Source: Octopus bimaculoides (lineage: Eukaryota). Taken from it: a stretch of DNA of 52,180 bases. Numbering within the stretch: the first letter of the stretch is position 1; each line of letters opens with the position of its first letter. The translations under genes were made by a program, and so were the position numbers. The notes under the pieces were generated by a model. The model saw only the letters and a list, made by a program, of their open reading frames with translations. It was not told the DNA's origin and ran no database searches. Of this stretch, positions 34,195 through 45,657 are shown one piece after another. The stretch is from the NCBI RefSeq assembly GCF_001194135.2, contig NC_068996.1:44202560-44254739 (forward strand). The letters are read 5' to 3'.

Positions 34195-34729
34195 AAAATA
34201 AAAAAAGGGGTTTATGTGATAGTGTATAGAGGAATATATTATTTAAAAGAGTTCCAACTCTGTTTTTTATGTTTTATTTATATTCTTATAAAATTAATGT
34301 GTGATATAGAATGTGGAATATATAATATAAATAGTAAAATGAAATGAAGTATTGAATGTCTTATTGAATAAATGAAATATTTAGTATTAAATATATAAGG
34401 ACATTAAATATATAAGGACTAGTATACTTTCCTACTTTATAGCAGTCATCAAGGTCCCGTCTGACAAATGTATTTTAACTGTGTTTATATATACGCAGGT
34501 ATCAGTAATGATAGAAATAGGTCTTTAAAAGTACAAGCCTTGGCGTCAGCGCTGTGCATCAGAACTATATCAGAGAAACTATAGATCACTTGTAAAATTC
34601 ATACACACACACATCACATTCACTCACAAAGACAAAATAACTGGTTTGAAACAAAAAAAAAAAAAGCCAAGAACATAATTATTCAAACTGATTATTTGAT
34701 AGCTACTTGAGTTTTTAAATGCATGAATG

Positions 34730-34900
34730 AAGTTGGCATAGACATGGTTGGTTGACTAAGAAGCTCACTTTCCAGTTACATGGTTCTTGGTTCACTCCCA
34801 TTGTGTGGCACCTTGTGTGAGTGTCTTCTACTGTGGTTCCATGCTGACCAAAGCCTTGTAAGTGGATTCGACAGATAGAAACTGAAAGAAGCCCATCATA
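34730..34900 (+). mobile_element. SINE B head + CORE, degraded
   Basis: TGGTTGGTTGACTAAGAAGCTC..GCACCTTGTGTGAGTGTCTTCTACTGTGG..GAAACTGAAAGAAGCCC. Confidence 0.75.
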
Positions 34901-34959
34901 TATGTATATGTGTGTTTGTGTAAATAATTTTCTATTTCCTTCTTGTGTATACGTTCCTC

Positions 34960-35310
34960 TCACTGGTTGTAAGCTATGACTTTGCTACCAATGGTTTTTG
35001 CTTGCAGTTCACTGTGATAACATTTCTGGGCTTCTTAACATGTCTTGACGTTAATCCAGTTCTATATTTAAGAGATGAGGAATTATGTACATTATTTACA
35101 TTTGATGGATATTTGTCCTCATCTTGTTTGTTGTTAAGGTAACGTTTTGACTAAATAATAATAGCATTGAAAAATACCTTAGGAATGAGAACCAGGTTTG
35201 AAATTTCCCCAAGACACCTGATGAAGGCTGGAGGGTATATCAGCCGATACGTTGTGTTCACAGCAAACAGGATGAGGACTAATATCCGTCAAATGTAAAT
35301 AATGTAAATA
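34960..35310. mobile_element. Penelope-like element terminal-repeat remnant with inverted arms
   Basis: 50-bp inverted arms at 35088-35137 and 35257-35306 (45/50 identical by eye) enclose a hammerhead-type motif, an architecture typical of PLE pseudo-LTRs. Confidence 0.6.
35213..35258 (+). ncRNA. Minimal type I hammerhead ribozyme motif (core GAAA mutated to GAUA)
   Basis: GACAC-CUGAUGA-a-GGCUG(gagggtatat)CAGCC-GAUA-C-GUU-GUGUU: stem I GACAC/GUGUU, stem II GGCUG/CAGCC, palindromic stem III, putative cleavage triplet GUU. Confidence 0.65.
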
Positions 35311-35359
35311 GTGTCTTGATGTGTTGTGAGATGATTGTAAACAAAAGGCTCATTCATAA

Positions 35360-35690
35360 AGGTGTCATTTGTTTCCAGTTTCCCATGTAAGCATGTCCAG
35401 GTTGTTTGTTGTTTGATAGAACTGAGTTACTATTATCACACTTGGAAACAGGTTGGGGTTGGCTGTGGGAAAGGAATTTGGTTGCAGAAAACAAGACCTT
35501 AACATATTCTTGCCTGACCTGGTTGTGTGACTAAGAAGTTCTCTTCCCAGTCACACGATTCTGGGTTCAATTCTACTTTGTGGCATCTTGGGTGAGCATT
35601 TTCTACTGTAGTTTCAGGCTGACAAAAACCTTGTAAATGGATTTGGTAGACAAAAACTGAAAGAATCATGCTGTATATGTATGTGTGTGT
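35360..35690 (+). mobile_element. F-type tail fragment (35360-35500) and degraded B head/CORE (35505-35690)
   Basis: CTTGGAAACAGGTTGGGGTTGGCTGTGGGAAAGG; GGGTTCAATTCTACTTTGTGGCATCTTGGGTGAGC. Confidence 0.6.
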
Positions 35691-36084
35691 GTGTGTTTGT
35701 TTGTGTGAGTAATTTACAAGCATGAAAAAGATGTTGAAGCCATGCTACTGCTGATGATGAACAAACTGTACATCATGTATTGAGTACTACTTTTCTCTTT
35801 CTTTAATCTGTAGCATTTGTATAATGCTACTAAGCATTTTGCCCAGCATGCTAACAGTTCTGCCAGTCAGCCCACCTTATTCACACACGCGTATGTAGAA
35901 AACGAGCAGTATTTGCAACCACATAAAGGATCCCTGTTCTGAGACAGTTGTAGCTGTTATTGTTTAATCCAAGATCAAATTTGACTGAGCTGGTCTACAA
36001 TGAGATGTCCAGTCGTGAGCTTCCTGTTTTTTTTTTTGTATATAAGAATTTACATCATGTTATGTACCCTTCTTCTTTCAAGAA

Positions 36085-36190
36085 GGATGGAGAACAGAGA
36101 CCAGTGGCAACAGCTGACTGCAAAAGCACCTTGAGTGGTACCCAAATGACTGACTGCGGCAATTAAGGGAACATGATAATGAAAACAGTT
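36085..36190 (+). mobile_element. Short RTE-like ORF2 terminus fragment (different lineage from family C)
   Basis: MENRDQWQQLTAKAP*VVPK resembles the RTE end motif A.DR..WR.LV..SSVVP; TGA-rich tail. Confidence 0.4.
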
Positions 36191-36342
36191 GGGTTATAAT
36201 TTGAATTGTAGAGTAAGAGTTTGATAGTGGTTTCTTTATTTGTTTAGTGACAATTGTTGTTGTTATTCTAATCATTAAGTTCCAGTAATATGATCACACT
36301 TCAGCTATGATTATTCTGTTTTTTATTTTGTATATCTAGAAA

Positions 36343-36373
36343 TACATGTGGGTGGGCAAAAGTAGGTTTACAG
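36343..36373. mobile_element. Possible solo Tc1/mariner terminus
   Basis: TACATGTGGGTGGGCAAAAGTAGGTTTACAG resembles recalled Tc1/mariner TIRs; no partner end found. Confidence 0.3.
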
Positions 36374-36639
36374 ATGCTTACTACGAGTGGAATGTTCTTT
36401 TCATTTCTCTATTTCTTTTTGTCTAAGCAGTTCATAAGTTGACTAAAGGATCTGCAGAAGATGCCTAGTTCATTTGAAACCCTCTTTTTTTGTATTATTT
36501 TTTAAAAATTTCTGCAGACTTTGAGTGAATGCTTAATATATCAAGCTACTTTTCCCCATGCCTGTATATGCATGTATACACTTGTTGTGACATCATTTGA
36601 TTGTTATAAGTGAACATCACCTTCTTACAAGCAATGTCC

Positions 36640-36760
36640 ATTTCTAATCTTCTCTGTAAACATGTCTGGCCATTGTGAAATAATATTACTTTGCTTGGAA
36701 ACCGGTAATAGTTGGTGACAGGAAGAGCACTCCAACCATAGAAAATCTGCCTCAACATGT
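36640..36760 (+). mobile_element. F-type (RTE-derived) SINE tail fragment
   Basis: CTTGGAAACCGGTAATAGTTGGTGACAGGAAGAGCACTCCAACCATAGAAAATCTGCCTCAA. Confidence 0.65.
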
Positions 36761-37627
36761 AAGCACAGAAGAGTAGATGTTAAAATGTTAACAAAGAGAA
36801 AGAAGAATAAATCTGCTTCTTCTGGTGATTTTGCAACACTTCCTACCAGTCCTTATCTTGAAGTCAATCAGTTTCTCTGTGGCTGAGAATAACTTCATTG
36901 TTTTGCAATTATTACTTGTACATTTCAAAAACTGTCTTTTAACTTCCTCACATCTGTGTTCTCATTTCTTTTCTCTCCCACATTATTCTCACCGATTCAC
37001 TGACATATGCCTTATTTCTTTTTCTCTCTGTTTATAATATATAATATGTGACAGAAGATAAAGAGAGAGGGAGCCAAAGCTTGAGTTAATATGTGTATGT
37101 ACATAGACATAGAAACATTTTATTTAGACATACACACACACACATTTATTTAGAGTTCTCTCTTACTTTCTATTGAAATCTACCTTCACTATTTCATTTC
37201 AAAACCTCCCTCTCAACAACACAAACTTATTTGATGCATAATTCCCCCCTTCTCTCTCTCTTTCAATGCAACCATAGCCTATTCTTTTCCACACTCTTAA
37301 GGCATAGCAGAGAGTGGGAAACCAACAACAAACACAGAAACGGCACACTTTGTACCTGTTTATAATATCAATAATACTAATCATTATTTCGATAATGAGA
37401 ATTTTCTAAAATAAGTAAACACCACAAATTTTGAAAGAAAATGGTGTAGTCAACTATATCTACCCCAATCTCTGTCTTATTTCCTTAACTAGAGTAATAA
37501 ACTTTATTTTTATGTTTTATTGGACCCAGAAAGTTAAGCAAAGTTCACCTGCCAGGATTTGAACTTGGAATGTTAAGCATAAGTAACTACATACTGCAAG
37601 GTATTTTTGCACCACTTGAAAAAGCAT

Positions 37628-37930
37628 TGGTGCTACCATGTAAAAAATATTGGTGTTGGTACCACATAAAAAGCATTGGTACTGGTGCCATGTAAAAAGC
37701 ACAGGTGATGGTACCACATAAAAAGCACTGTTGATGGTACCATGGTGTCACGTAAAAAGCACCCAGTACATACTGTAAAGTGGTTGGAATTAGGAAGGGC
37801 ATCCAGCTGTAGAAACCAAACTAAAACAGACAATGAGATTTGGTGCAGCCCCCTGGCCTTGCCAGCTCCTATCAAGCTATCGAACCCATGCCAACATTGT
37901 AAACAGACATTAAATTAGGATGATGGTGAT
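37628..37930 (+). mobile_element. RTE (family C) 3' UTR with a 26-bp tandem array
   Basis: About five TGGT(G/A)CCA(C/T)(A/G)TAAAAAGCA units, then GGTTGGAATTAGGAAGGGCATCCAGCTGTAG and the GAT tail. A degraded A2 lies at ~37500-37620. Confidence 0.8.
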
Positions 37931-38784
37931 GAGGACGTTACATAGATTCAGCCAAATTCAAATGGTAATAATGATGTAGATTGAAAAAAAAAACAAAAAA
38001 AAAAACGAAAAACAAACAAAGAGGTAAAAGGTAAACATCTACTGGTGTATATAAATTGTGACACTCATATATATGTTCAATATACATCAATCGATTATTT
38101 TTCCCCCATTCAGCCTGTTTTGTATCTAATTAGTCCTAGTGATTGTAAGTTCACTGCTTCCATATAAATGCTGTTTATCTAGTATCCTCCACATTGCATT
38201 CACAGATGCCGGATGCTATTCTTCCCCGTAATCCATCTTAATTATTTGCCATTTGTCTCCATGGAAACTGTGCAATCAATAAAAAAGAAAAAAAAAACCC
38301 CAGAAAACTAAGGAAAAGAAAGTTCTGTAGTTGTGTAGCGATTCGCAGCCATTGTAAGCATGCACACGCGTATACACATGTGTATACACACGTGTGTACA
38401 CACTCTGAGAGGTTTTGATTTTTCTTGAGCAAACAGATTTTTTTAGATTTCAGTGAAGCAGGTTTTAATTACAGAAATGGAATGCTCAGGAAAAATAAAT
38501 GAACTGGAAGTTGTAATAGTTTTGGTTGTTGTTGCTGTAGCTGCTCTTGTAGTCTTGGTAAATTCTGTTTGCACTGATCTGTGCTTACTGAATTAGTCAA
38601 TCAAGTGCTTAGTAGCAGCCTATGAGTACAGCAGACTGGATATGCAGATATACAATTTTAGTAGACCAGTACCATGTCGTACACACGTACACATAAAGAC
38701 AAAAAAAAAAAAGAAAATGTACGATATGCATATATGCACCCACACATACACTTGTATATGTATATATTTGCCTATATGTTTGTG

Positions 38785-39151
38785 TACTCTTTACTCTTTT
38801 ACTTGTTTCAGTCGAACAAATCAACCCCAGGACTTATTCTTTGTAAGCCTAGTACTTATTCTATCGGTCTCTTTTCCCGAACTGCTAAGTTACGGGGACA
38901 TAAACACACCAACATCGGTTATCAAGCAATGTTGGGGGTACAAACACAGACACACAAACACACACACATATGTATATACATATATACGACGGGCTTCTTT
39001 CAGTTTCCATCTACCAAATTCACTCACAAGGCTTTGGTCGGCCCGAGACTATAGGTGAAGACACTTGCCCAAAATGCCACGCAGTGGGATTGAACCCGGA
39101 ACCATGTGTTTGGTAAGCAAGCTACTTACCACACAGCCACTCCGGCGCCTA
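38785..39151 (-). mobile_element. SINE family B with a ~35-bp deletion in the 3' module
   Basis: TTTCAGTC is joined directly to GAACAAATCAACCCC; the head is complete. Confidence 0.9.
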
Positions 39152-39572
39152 TATATGTATATATTTACTGATATGTATGTATGTATATGTGTGTATATAT
39201 GCCTTATTAGTGGACTTGGTAGATGGAAACTGAAAAAGAAAACTTGTGTGTATGTCAGTACCACTTTAATGTACAGTCTACCTGGCCATTTACACTTTAG
39301 AGTACAATCTAACCGTAACACTAACCCTAAATCTTAACCCTTGTCCTAGAATCTAACACTAGCCTTACAACCTGACTCTAAACCCTTTTAAAGCAATGCT
39401 CCAGCATGGCAGCAGTTCAATGACTTAAGCATATAGAAGAATAAAGAATAAACAAACTCCACTCACATGATCAATTACCTCTTGCTATGTCGATAGATGA
39501 TGTAACTAACTTATCAATTACACCATACTGCATCTGAGCCCCTTTTGTTTCTTAAATCTGATATATTTGAAC

Positions 39573-39827
39573 CCTTTAGCATTTAAACAACACTTAGCTA
39601 TTTTAACCCTTTAGCATTTAAATCAGCTGTGTCCGTTAAAATATTTTACCTGTTTTATATTCAAACTAGACAGATCCAGCATCTCACACCTACCCTACAA
39701 TGTCATTCTAAAAATAAACAATCACATCATTGAAATCTTGAAGCTATGAAATAACAAATGGTTAATTCAAAATGGTTCAACTAGATAATCATTATGTTTG
39801 ACAGAATAGTCAGAATGCTTAAAGGGT
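39573..39827. mobile_element. piggyBac-type E MITE with a duplicated left terminus
   Basis: CCCTTTAGCATTTAAA occurs twice (39573, 39608); ends AATGCTTAAAGGG. Confidence 0.78.
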
Positions 39828-39935
39828 AAAAATATACTTATCAATCTTTACAAAAATATACTTATCAATCTTTACAAGCATATTCCTTATTTATTTATTT
39901 AGTTAATTAGTTAGTTTTTGCAATTTACAAACCAA

Positions 39936-40220
39936 GAGTGGCTGTGTGGTAAGTAGTTTGCTTATCAACCACATGGTTCTGGTTTCGCCTNNNNNNNNNN
40001 ATATATATATATATATATATATATATAATGTTTGTGTTTGACCCCCCCACCATCGGTTGTTGATGTGTCTACGTCCCCGTAACTTGGCAGTTCAGCAAAA
40101 GGGACCAATAGAATAAATACTAGGCTTACATAGAATAAGTTCTGGGGTTGATTTGTTTGACTAAAAGACGGTGCTCCAGCTTGGGTGCAGTCAAATGACT
40201 GAAACAAATAAAAGGGTAAA
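39936..40220 (+). mobile_element. SINE family B spanning a 10-N gap
   Basis: Head before the gap and 3' module after it. Confidence 0.85.
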
Positions 40221-40369
40221 AAAAAGTAACAAATGAATGGTGACAGGTTTTCAACCAATCAGTGACTAGTGCTCTGCATTTTGAGAAATTTCTTCATTTT
40301 TTACCGACAGTTATGCCCTTTGCTGATAGACATGTAGATAGACAATGTAGATGTATAAATTGATGGGAT

Positions 40370-40955
40370 AGTCACTATGAGGGGAGGGGAAGTCAGTTAC
40401 ATTTATTGACCCTGAAAGAATGAAAGGCAAAGTTGACCTCAGTGATATTTGAGCCCTGAATGTAAAAATCGAGAAGAAATATTTCCAAACATTTTGCTTT
40501 GTAATGATTCTTATTTCTTCAATGATTAAGTCGATTACATTGACCCCAGTGTGTAACTGGTATTTAATTTATTGACCCCGAAAGGATGAAAGGTTAAGTC
40601 GACCTTGGCGGAATTTGAACTCAGAACATAACGGCAGACAAAATACCGCAAAGCATTTCGCCCGATGTGCTAACGTTTCTTATTTCTTTATTGCCCACAA
40701 GGGGCTAAACATAGAGGGGACAAACAAGGACAAACAAGGACAGACAAAGGGATTAAGTCAATTACATTGACCCCAGTGCATAACTGGTACTTAATTTATC
40801 GACTCTGAAAGGATGAAAGGCAAAGTAGACCTCAGCGGAATTCGAACTCAGAATGTAAAGACAGATGAAATACTGCTAAGCATTTCGCCCGATGTGCTAA
40901 CGTTTCTGCCAGCTCGCCATCTTTGCGTTGTAATGATTCTGCCAATTTGCTGCCT
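40370..40955 (-). mobile_element. Nested SINEs: old A2 containing an A copy that itself contains another A copy
   Basis: Outer duplication TTGTAATGATTC (~40498-40509 and ~40929-40940); inner duplication GCATTTCGCCCGATGTGCTAACGTTTC (~40653-40679 and ~40880-40906). Confidence 0.75.
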
Positions 40956-41149
40956 TTACCTAGGTCCAAGCAACAGCAACTACAACATCAACAACAGGTG
41001 GATTAAAAGCTGATTTGTCTGTGGTTTGATTTGAATTTACAGTATCGAGTTATAGTTCAAGTCCTGTTAATTGACTCATTCTGTTTTTAACCTCTTAGCA
41101 ACATTGCTTGCAAGGTTAACTACTTTTCATTTAAGTGTGCATACACATA

Positions 41150-41200
41150 CACACGCGCACAGGCACACACGCGCACACACACACAGACACACATGCACAG

Positions 41201-41244
<44 letters not shown>

Positions 41245-41345
41245 TCATACACATGCACTGGCACACACATACACACACACAGATGTACAGGCACACACTT
41301 ACAGGCACACACATGCTCATGCACAGGCACACACAAATACACATG

Positions 41346-41384
<39 letters not shown>

Positions 41385-41460
41385 ACACACATGCTCATAC
41401 ACATGCACAGACAGACACACAGACACACATGCTCACACACACACACACACGTGTGCATAC
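41150..41460. repeat. (CA)n-derived minisatellite (CACACACATGCTCATACACATGCACAGG-type units)
   Basis: Direct reading; a related complementary tract lies at 42370-42640. Confidence 0.85.
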
Positions 41461-41567
41461 TTTTGTTACTATATGTGTTTGTTGCTATAACAACAGACTG
41501 TGTGTATGTGAGTGTGTTTTGTTTTTCTTTTATCATGAAAATTTGCTATGTTATCAGGCCTCCTGCC

Positions 41568-41690
41568 TTTGTTGGGGTGAGGTTGATATTGTGTTGATAT
41601 TTGTTGGGGTGAGGTTGATATTGTGTTGATATTTGTTGGGGTGAGGTTGATATTGTGTTGATATTTGTTGGGGTGAGGTTGATATTGTGT
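41568..41690. repeat. Perfect 32-bp tandem repeat, about 3.8 copies
   Basis: Unit TTTGTTGGGGTGAGGTTGATATTGTGTTGATA. Confidence 0.92.
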
Positions 41691-42645
41691 AGCCACAGTC
41701 AGCTTCATTCGAGCATGCAATAAACGTAGGGTGATGGGATGCCATATATCATCAAAGTATTTAATTTTTCTCAGTTTATTGTTAATTATTCATTTCCATC
41801 CCCTCCCCCCCATACCCACTGCTTTCACAGAGCCAATGAAAAATGACCTCGAACTGTTAGAATTAGTTTCAATATCATTTTGATGGATAGTCACAACTGG
41901 AAAGGCTTTGATTATAAGTAAGCTCAGTATGAGCAGACCTGGTGCCTAAACAATAATAATGGCATGGGAACAATGTAGGATTCTCTATGTGGTCACTCGC
42001 GCTGCTAAAAATAGCACCCATGTGTCAGTCAATTCAAATGCTACCATATCAGAAAAAGAGGGACACATTGTCTAATGTAGACACAAAAAATGGCGGGATG
42101 ATCACATCACCTGTTTGATCTTCTGGGATTAATTAAATTTTCAGTGAAGTACTGTGGTTGATTTCTTTTTTCTCTCTGTCTCTCTCTCTCTCTCACCTTC
42201 TCTTCCCCCCTCTCTCCCCCTCTCTCTCCTTGCTCTCTCTCCCTCTTATATATATACCTGCTTATCTAATTACCTTCATATTTAAAGTGGATATTGAAAT
42301 TTGGCACAATCCTTTAACACATTAGATCCTGTCAAAACATTCAATCCGTACCAACATGGAACACAGAGAATGTGTGTGTGTGTGTGTGAGTATGTGTGTG
42401 TGTGTGTGTGGGTGTCTGTCTGTCTGTGAATGTGTATGAGCATTTGTGTGTATATGTGTGTCTGCGCATGTGTGTGAGCATGTGTGTGTATATGTGTGTC
42501 TGTGCATGTGTGTGAGCATGTATGTGTCTGTGCATGTGTGTGTTTTTGTGGGTGTGTGTACCTGTGCATGTCTGTGCTTATGCGTGAGCATGTGTGTGTC
42601 TGTGTGTGTGTGCCCATGCATGTGTGTGAGCACGTGTGTCTCTAA

Positions 42646-42877
42646 GGCAGTGAGCTGGCAGAAACGTTAGCACGCCGGGCGAAATGCTTAGCAGTATTTC
42701 GTCTGCTGCTACGTTCTGAGTTCAAATTCCGCCGAGGTAGACTTTGCCTTTCATCCTTTAGGGGTCGATTAAATTAGTACCAGTTACACACTGGGGTCGA
42801 TGTAATCAACTTAATCCCTTTGTCTGTCCTTGTTTGTCCCCTCTATGTTTAGCCCCTTGTGGGCAATAAAAAAATAA
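42646..42877 (+). mobile_element. SINE family A, full length
   Basis: Complete head, Nin-like domain and tail. Confidence 0.93.
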
Positions 42878-43240
42878 GATGTTAATGATGCTGATGATGA
42901 TGGTGACAATGAATTTCTTGATAAAACTCTACTGTTTTTGTACATTGTCAGTAAAATATAGTTCTAACCAATTTCATAGGTCATCATAATTGATTATTTC
43001 CGTCCCTCAAATTTTATTCTATGTGTCTTGTTAAAAACAGTTTATTAAAAAGTCTGATAGGTAAAATTGTTAGAGTATTGGACAAAATTCCTTGAGGTAT
43101 TTGTTCTAGCTCTTTACGTTCCAAGTCCAAATCTTGGCTTTCATTCTTTTGCGTTGATAAAATAAATACTAGTCATGTTGTGATGTTGATTTAACTCCTT
43201 AACCCGCATTCTTCTACGATACAAGCTTCTTGCTTTAGAG

Positions 43241-43555
43241 AATAGGTTCTCAAAGTGGGTGCTACTGCCCCTTTTGGCATTGAGACGGTCCAGATGGGCA
43301 CTGATGCCTGAGGGGGCGGCGGAGAAAAAGGAGGTGCTGGGAAGAAAGCAGTGAATTGGGGGGACACTATGAATTTATTATATCATTATAGTTTTGTATA
43401 CAAGTTATATAATACTATATTAAATATAAAACGATTTGTAGTTTATATAAATTAGTAAAATATAAAATATTTATACATAAAAATAGGGGTGGGGTTGCTG
43501 AGGGTAATATGTGGCTATGAGGGGCGCAGTGGCCCAAAAAGTTTGAGGACCTCTG
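43241..43555. mobile_element. hAT (Charlie-like) MITE
   Basis: Termini ..AGGTTCTCAAA / TTTGAGGACCTCTG; perfect 8-bp TSD CTTTAGAG at 43233-43240 and 43556-43563. Confidence 0.82.
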
Positions 43556-43637
43556 CTTTAGAGTGACATGAGTCAAAAAAACCTATCAAACCTTAATGCC
43601 AGTCTATGTCCCAAACACACAACTTAATAACGACAAA

Positions 43638-43789
43638 TCATCATCATCATCGTTTAATGTCCGTTTTCCATGCTAGCATGGGTTGGACGATTTGACTGAG
43701 GACTGGTGAACCAGGTGGCTACACCAGGATCCAATTTGATTTGGCAGAGTTTCTACAGCTGGATGCCCTTCCTAACACCAACCACTCCG
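43638..43789 (-). mobile_element. RTE (family C) extreme 3' end
   Basis: (CAT)n CGTTTAATGTCC..GGATGCCCTTCCTAACACCAACCACTCC. Confidence 0.9.
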
Positions 43790-44184
43790 TTTCATAATTG
43801 ATTGAAGCAAAAGCAGTGTATTTCAATGGAAATATAATAATGAAAATGTTGATCTGTAAAAGTACTGCAACAATTTGATCCCTAAAACCTTTCTTTTAAT
43901 AACACTGAACAGTATTTAACATGACAGCTATTTAACTGAGCTATTTCATTATTGATTTATTTTCTTGTATATTTAGTAACAAAGGTGGAAAAATAAAAAA
44001 ATGAGTAACAATTGAAGCATATCTAATTATTGGGAAGTGTTAAATGAAGTCTTGTTAAATGGAAACAATATTAAGTTCATCCTCCTATCAACTTGTTTTG
44101 AGAATGATGACCTGGTCGTCAGGCAACACCAGGTTTGTCAAACAGCAATATACCTTTGTTAATAACGTACCTTCAGTCTTTTAA

Positions 44185-44402
44185 CCCTTTAGTGTTCAGA
44201 ATACTCTGTTAAATGTAATACTTTTTCTTTCAAATTATTATGAATTAATCATGCATTATCCTATAGCTTTGAGGTTTCAATGATGTGATTGTTTATTTTT
44301 AGAATGTCAATGTAAGTTAGGTGTGAGAGGCTAGATATCACCAGTTTGAATATAAAACGTAGAATATTTGGGCCGGATATGGCTGGTTTAAACACTAAAG
44401 GG
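44185..44402. mobile_element. piggyBac-type E MITE, full length
   Basis: TTAA|CCCTTTAGTGTT ... AACACTAAAGGG|TTAA. Confidence 0.87.
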
Positions 44403-44419
44403 TTAAATCTTGTCTGTTT

Positions 44420-44790
44420 ATCTTTTACCCTCTTTATCGTTCCATTTATTGGACTGCAGCCAAGGAAGGGTTTTTATTAAATCAATTGACCCCAATACTT
44501 CTTTTCTCAAAGTGTAGTTACTTATTCTATCAGTATCTTTTGCTGAACCTCAATGTTGCATGGATGTGAACAAACCAACATCAATTGTCAAACAGTGGCA
44601 GGGACACACACACATACACGTACACACACAGAGCTTCTTTCAGTTTCTTTGTACCAAATTTACACTCAAGGTTTTAGTTGACCCACGACTATAGTAGAAG
44701 ACACTTGCTTGGGATGCCATACAAGGGACTGAACCTCGAACCATGTAGTTGCGAAACAAACTTCTTACTGCACAACCACACCTGCATCTA
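44420..44790 (-). mobile_element. Degraded SINE family B
   Basis: Tail, 3' module, CORE (CTATAGTAGAAGACACTTGC) and head are recognisable. Confidence 0.78.
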
Positions 44791-44936
44791 TAACCTCACC
44801 TGTGTCTAAGATCACACCTGTCAAGCAATCTCTTTGGCCAATGTTACAACAGAGGAAAAGAATAACGTAATGTTATCACTGACACTAGCTTCATCTTAAT
44901 TACCACCAACTGACTACAGTTTGCACTTGTACTTAC

Positions 44937-45025
44937 CACAATATGATAGTTAACTATCTATCGCAGTTTATCGTCAGCGAGGGCGATGACCTTGTGACCT
45001 GGCAAACTGGTGACTCTGTGTGTTT
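44937..45025 (-). other. Candidate 89-nt non-coding exon (unverified)
   Basis: Acceptor ATGTTTTCAG| and donor GTG|GTAAGT. Unique sequence, CpG-rich, no ATG, stops in all three frames. Confidence 0.25.
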
Positions 45026-45116
45026 CTGAAAACATTATAGCTTTGTTAAATAACAAAACCATGATTTGACTTTTAGCAGGCATAAGGCCTGGTACTAAGA
45101 AGCCATAAGCTATTAA

Positions 45117-45626
45117 CCCTTTTGTTACCATATTTATTTTGAGATGCTCTGTTTCTTTCAATTAATTTTAAATATAGAAAAGGAAAATGTCCTCTCAAGG
45201 ATTAGCCAGAGATGATTTTTGAAATGAGAATATCTGAAATAAACTCTACTGCACTCACAAACGCGAATACTAAAAATGAACTTGACCACTTTCAAAAATT
45301 AAGTAAAAAAAAAAAAACGGAAAATAATCCAGAACCCTTGACCGGTACCAGACCGATCCCAAAATCTAATCAGTTTGTGCCAGTCATGAGGCCAAACATT
45401 CCTGAAAGTTTCATCTGAATTATCCATCTTGAAAACAATACCGCTGCCTTTGCTAAGGCAGAAGTTAAAAAAGAATTTAGTAAAATAACTTAATTATCAT
45501 TAAGCTAGTGTTAGGAACATAAATTGTGACTAAGGTTTGGCGGAAGATTTTAATTCAGAACTTATGAAAACAAGACATTTGTACTCAGAGCCAGAGGTGG
45601 CTTCAGTCGGGTTAGTATCTAAAGGG
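45117..45626. mobile_element. piggyBac-type D MITE interrupted by a HINE-like element (45177-45468, minus strand)
   Basis: TTAA-flanked D termini; the insert is the reverse complement of most of 32065-32431. Confidence 0.82.
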
Positions 45627-45657
45627 TTAAGAATTGTTTCTCTATTATATATTTTAA

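Noticed and set aside
34380-34420. Short tandem duplications (17 bp here; ~24 bp at 39828-39877)
   Set aside because: Ordinary slippage duplications with no further structure.
41568-41690. CRISPR-like reading of the 32-bp repeat (also the 66-bp and 26-bp RTE units)
   Set aside because: The units are contiguous with no unique spacers, there are no cas genes, and the context is eukaryotic.
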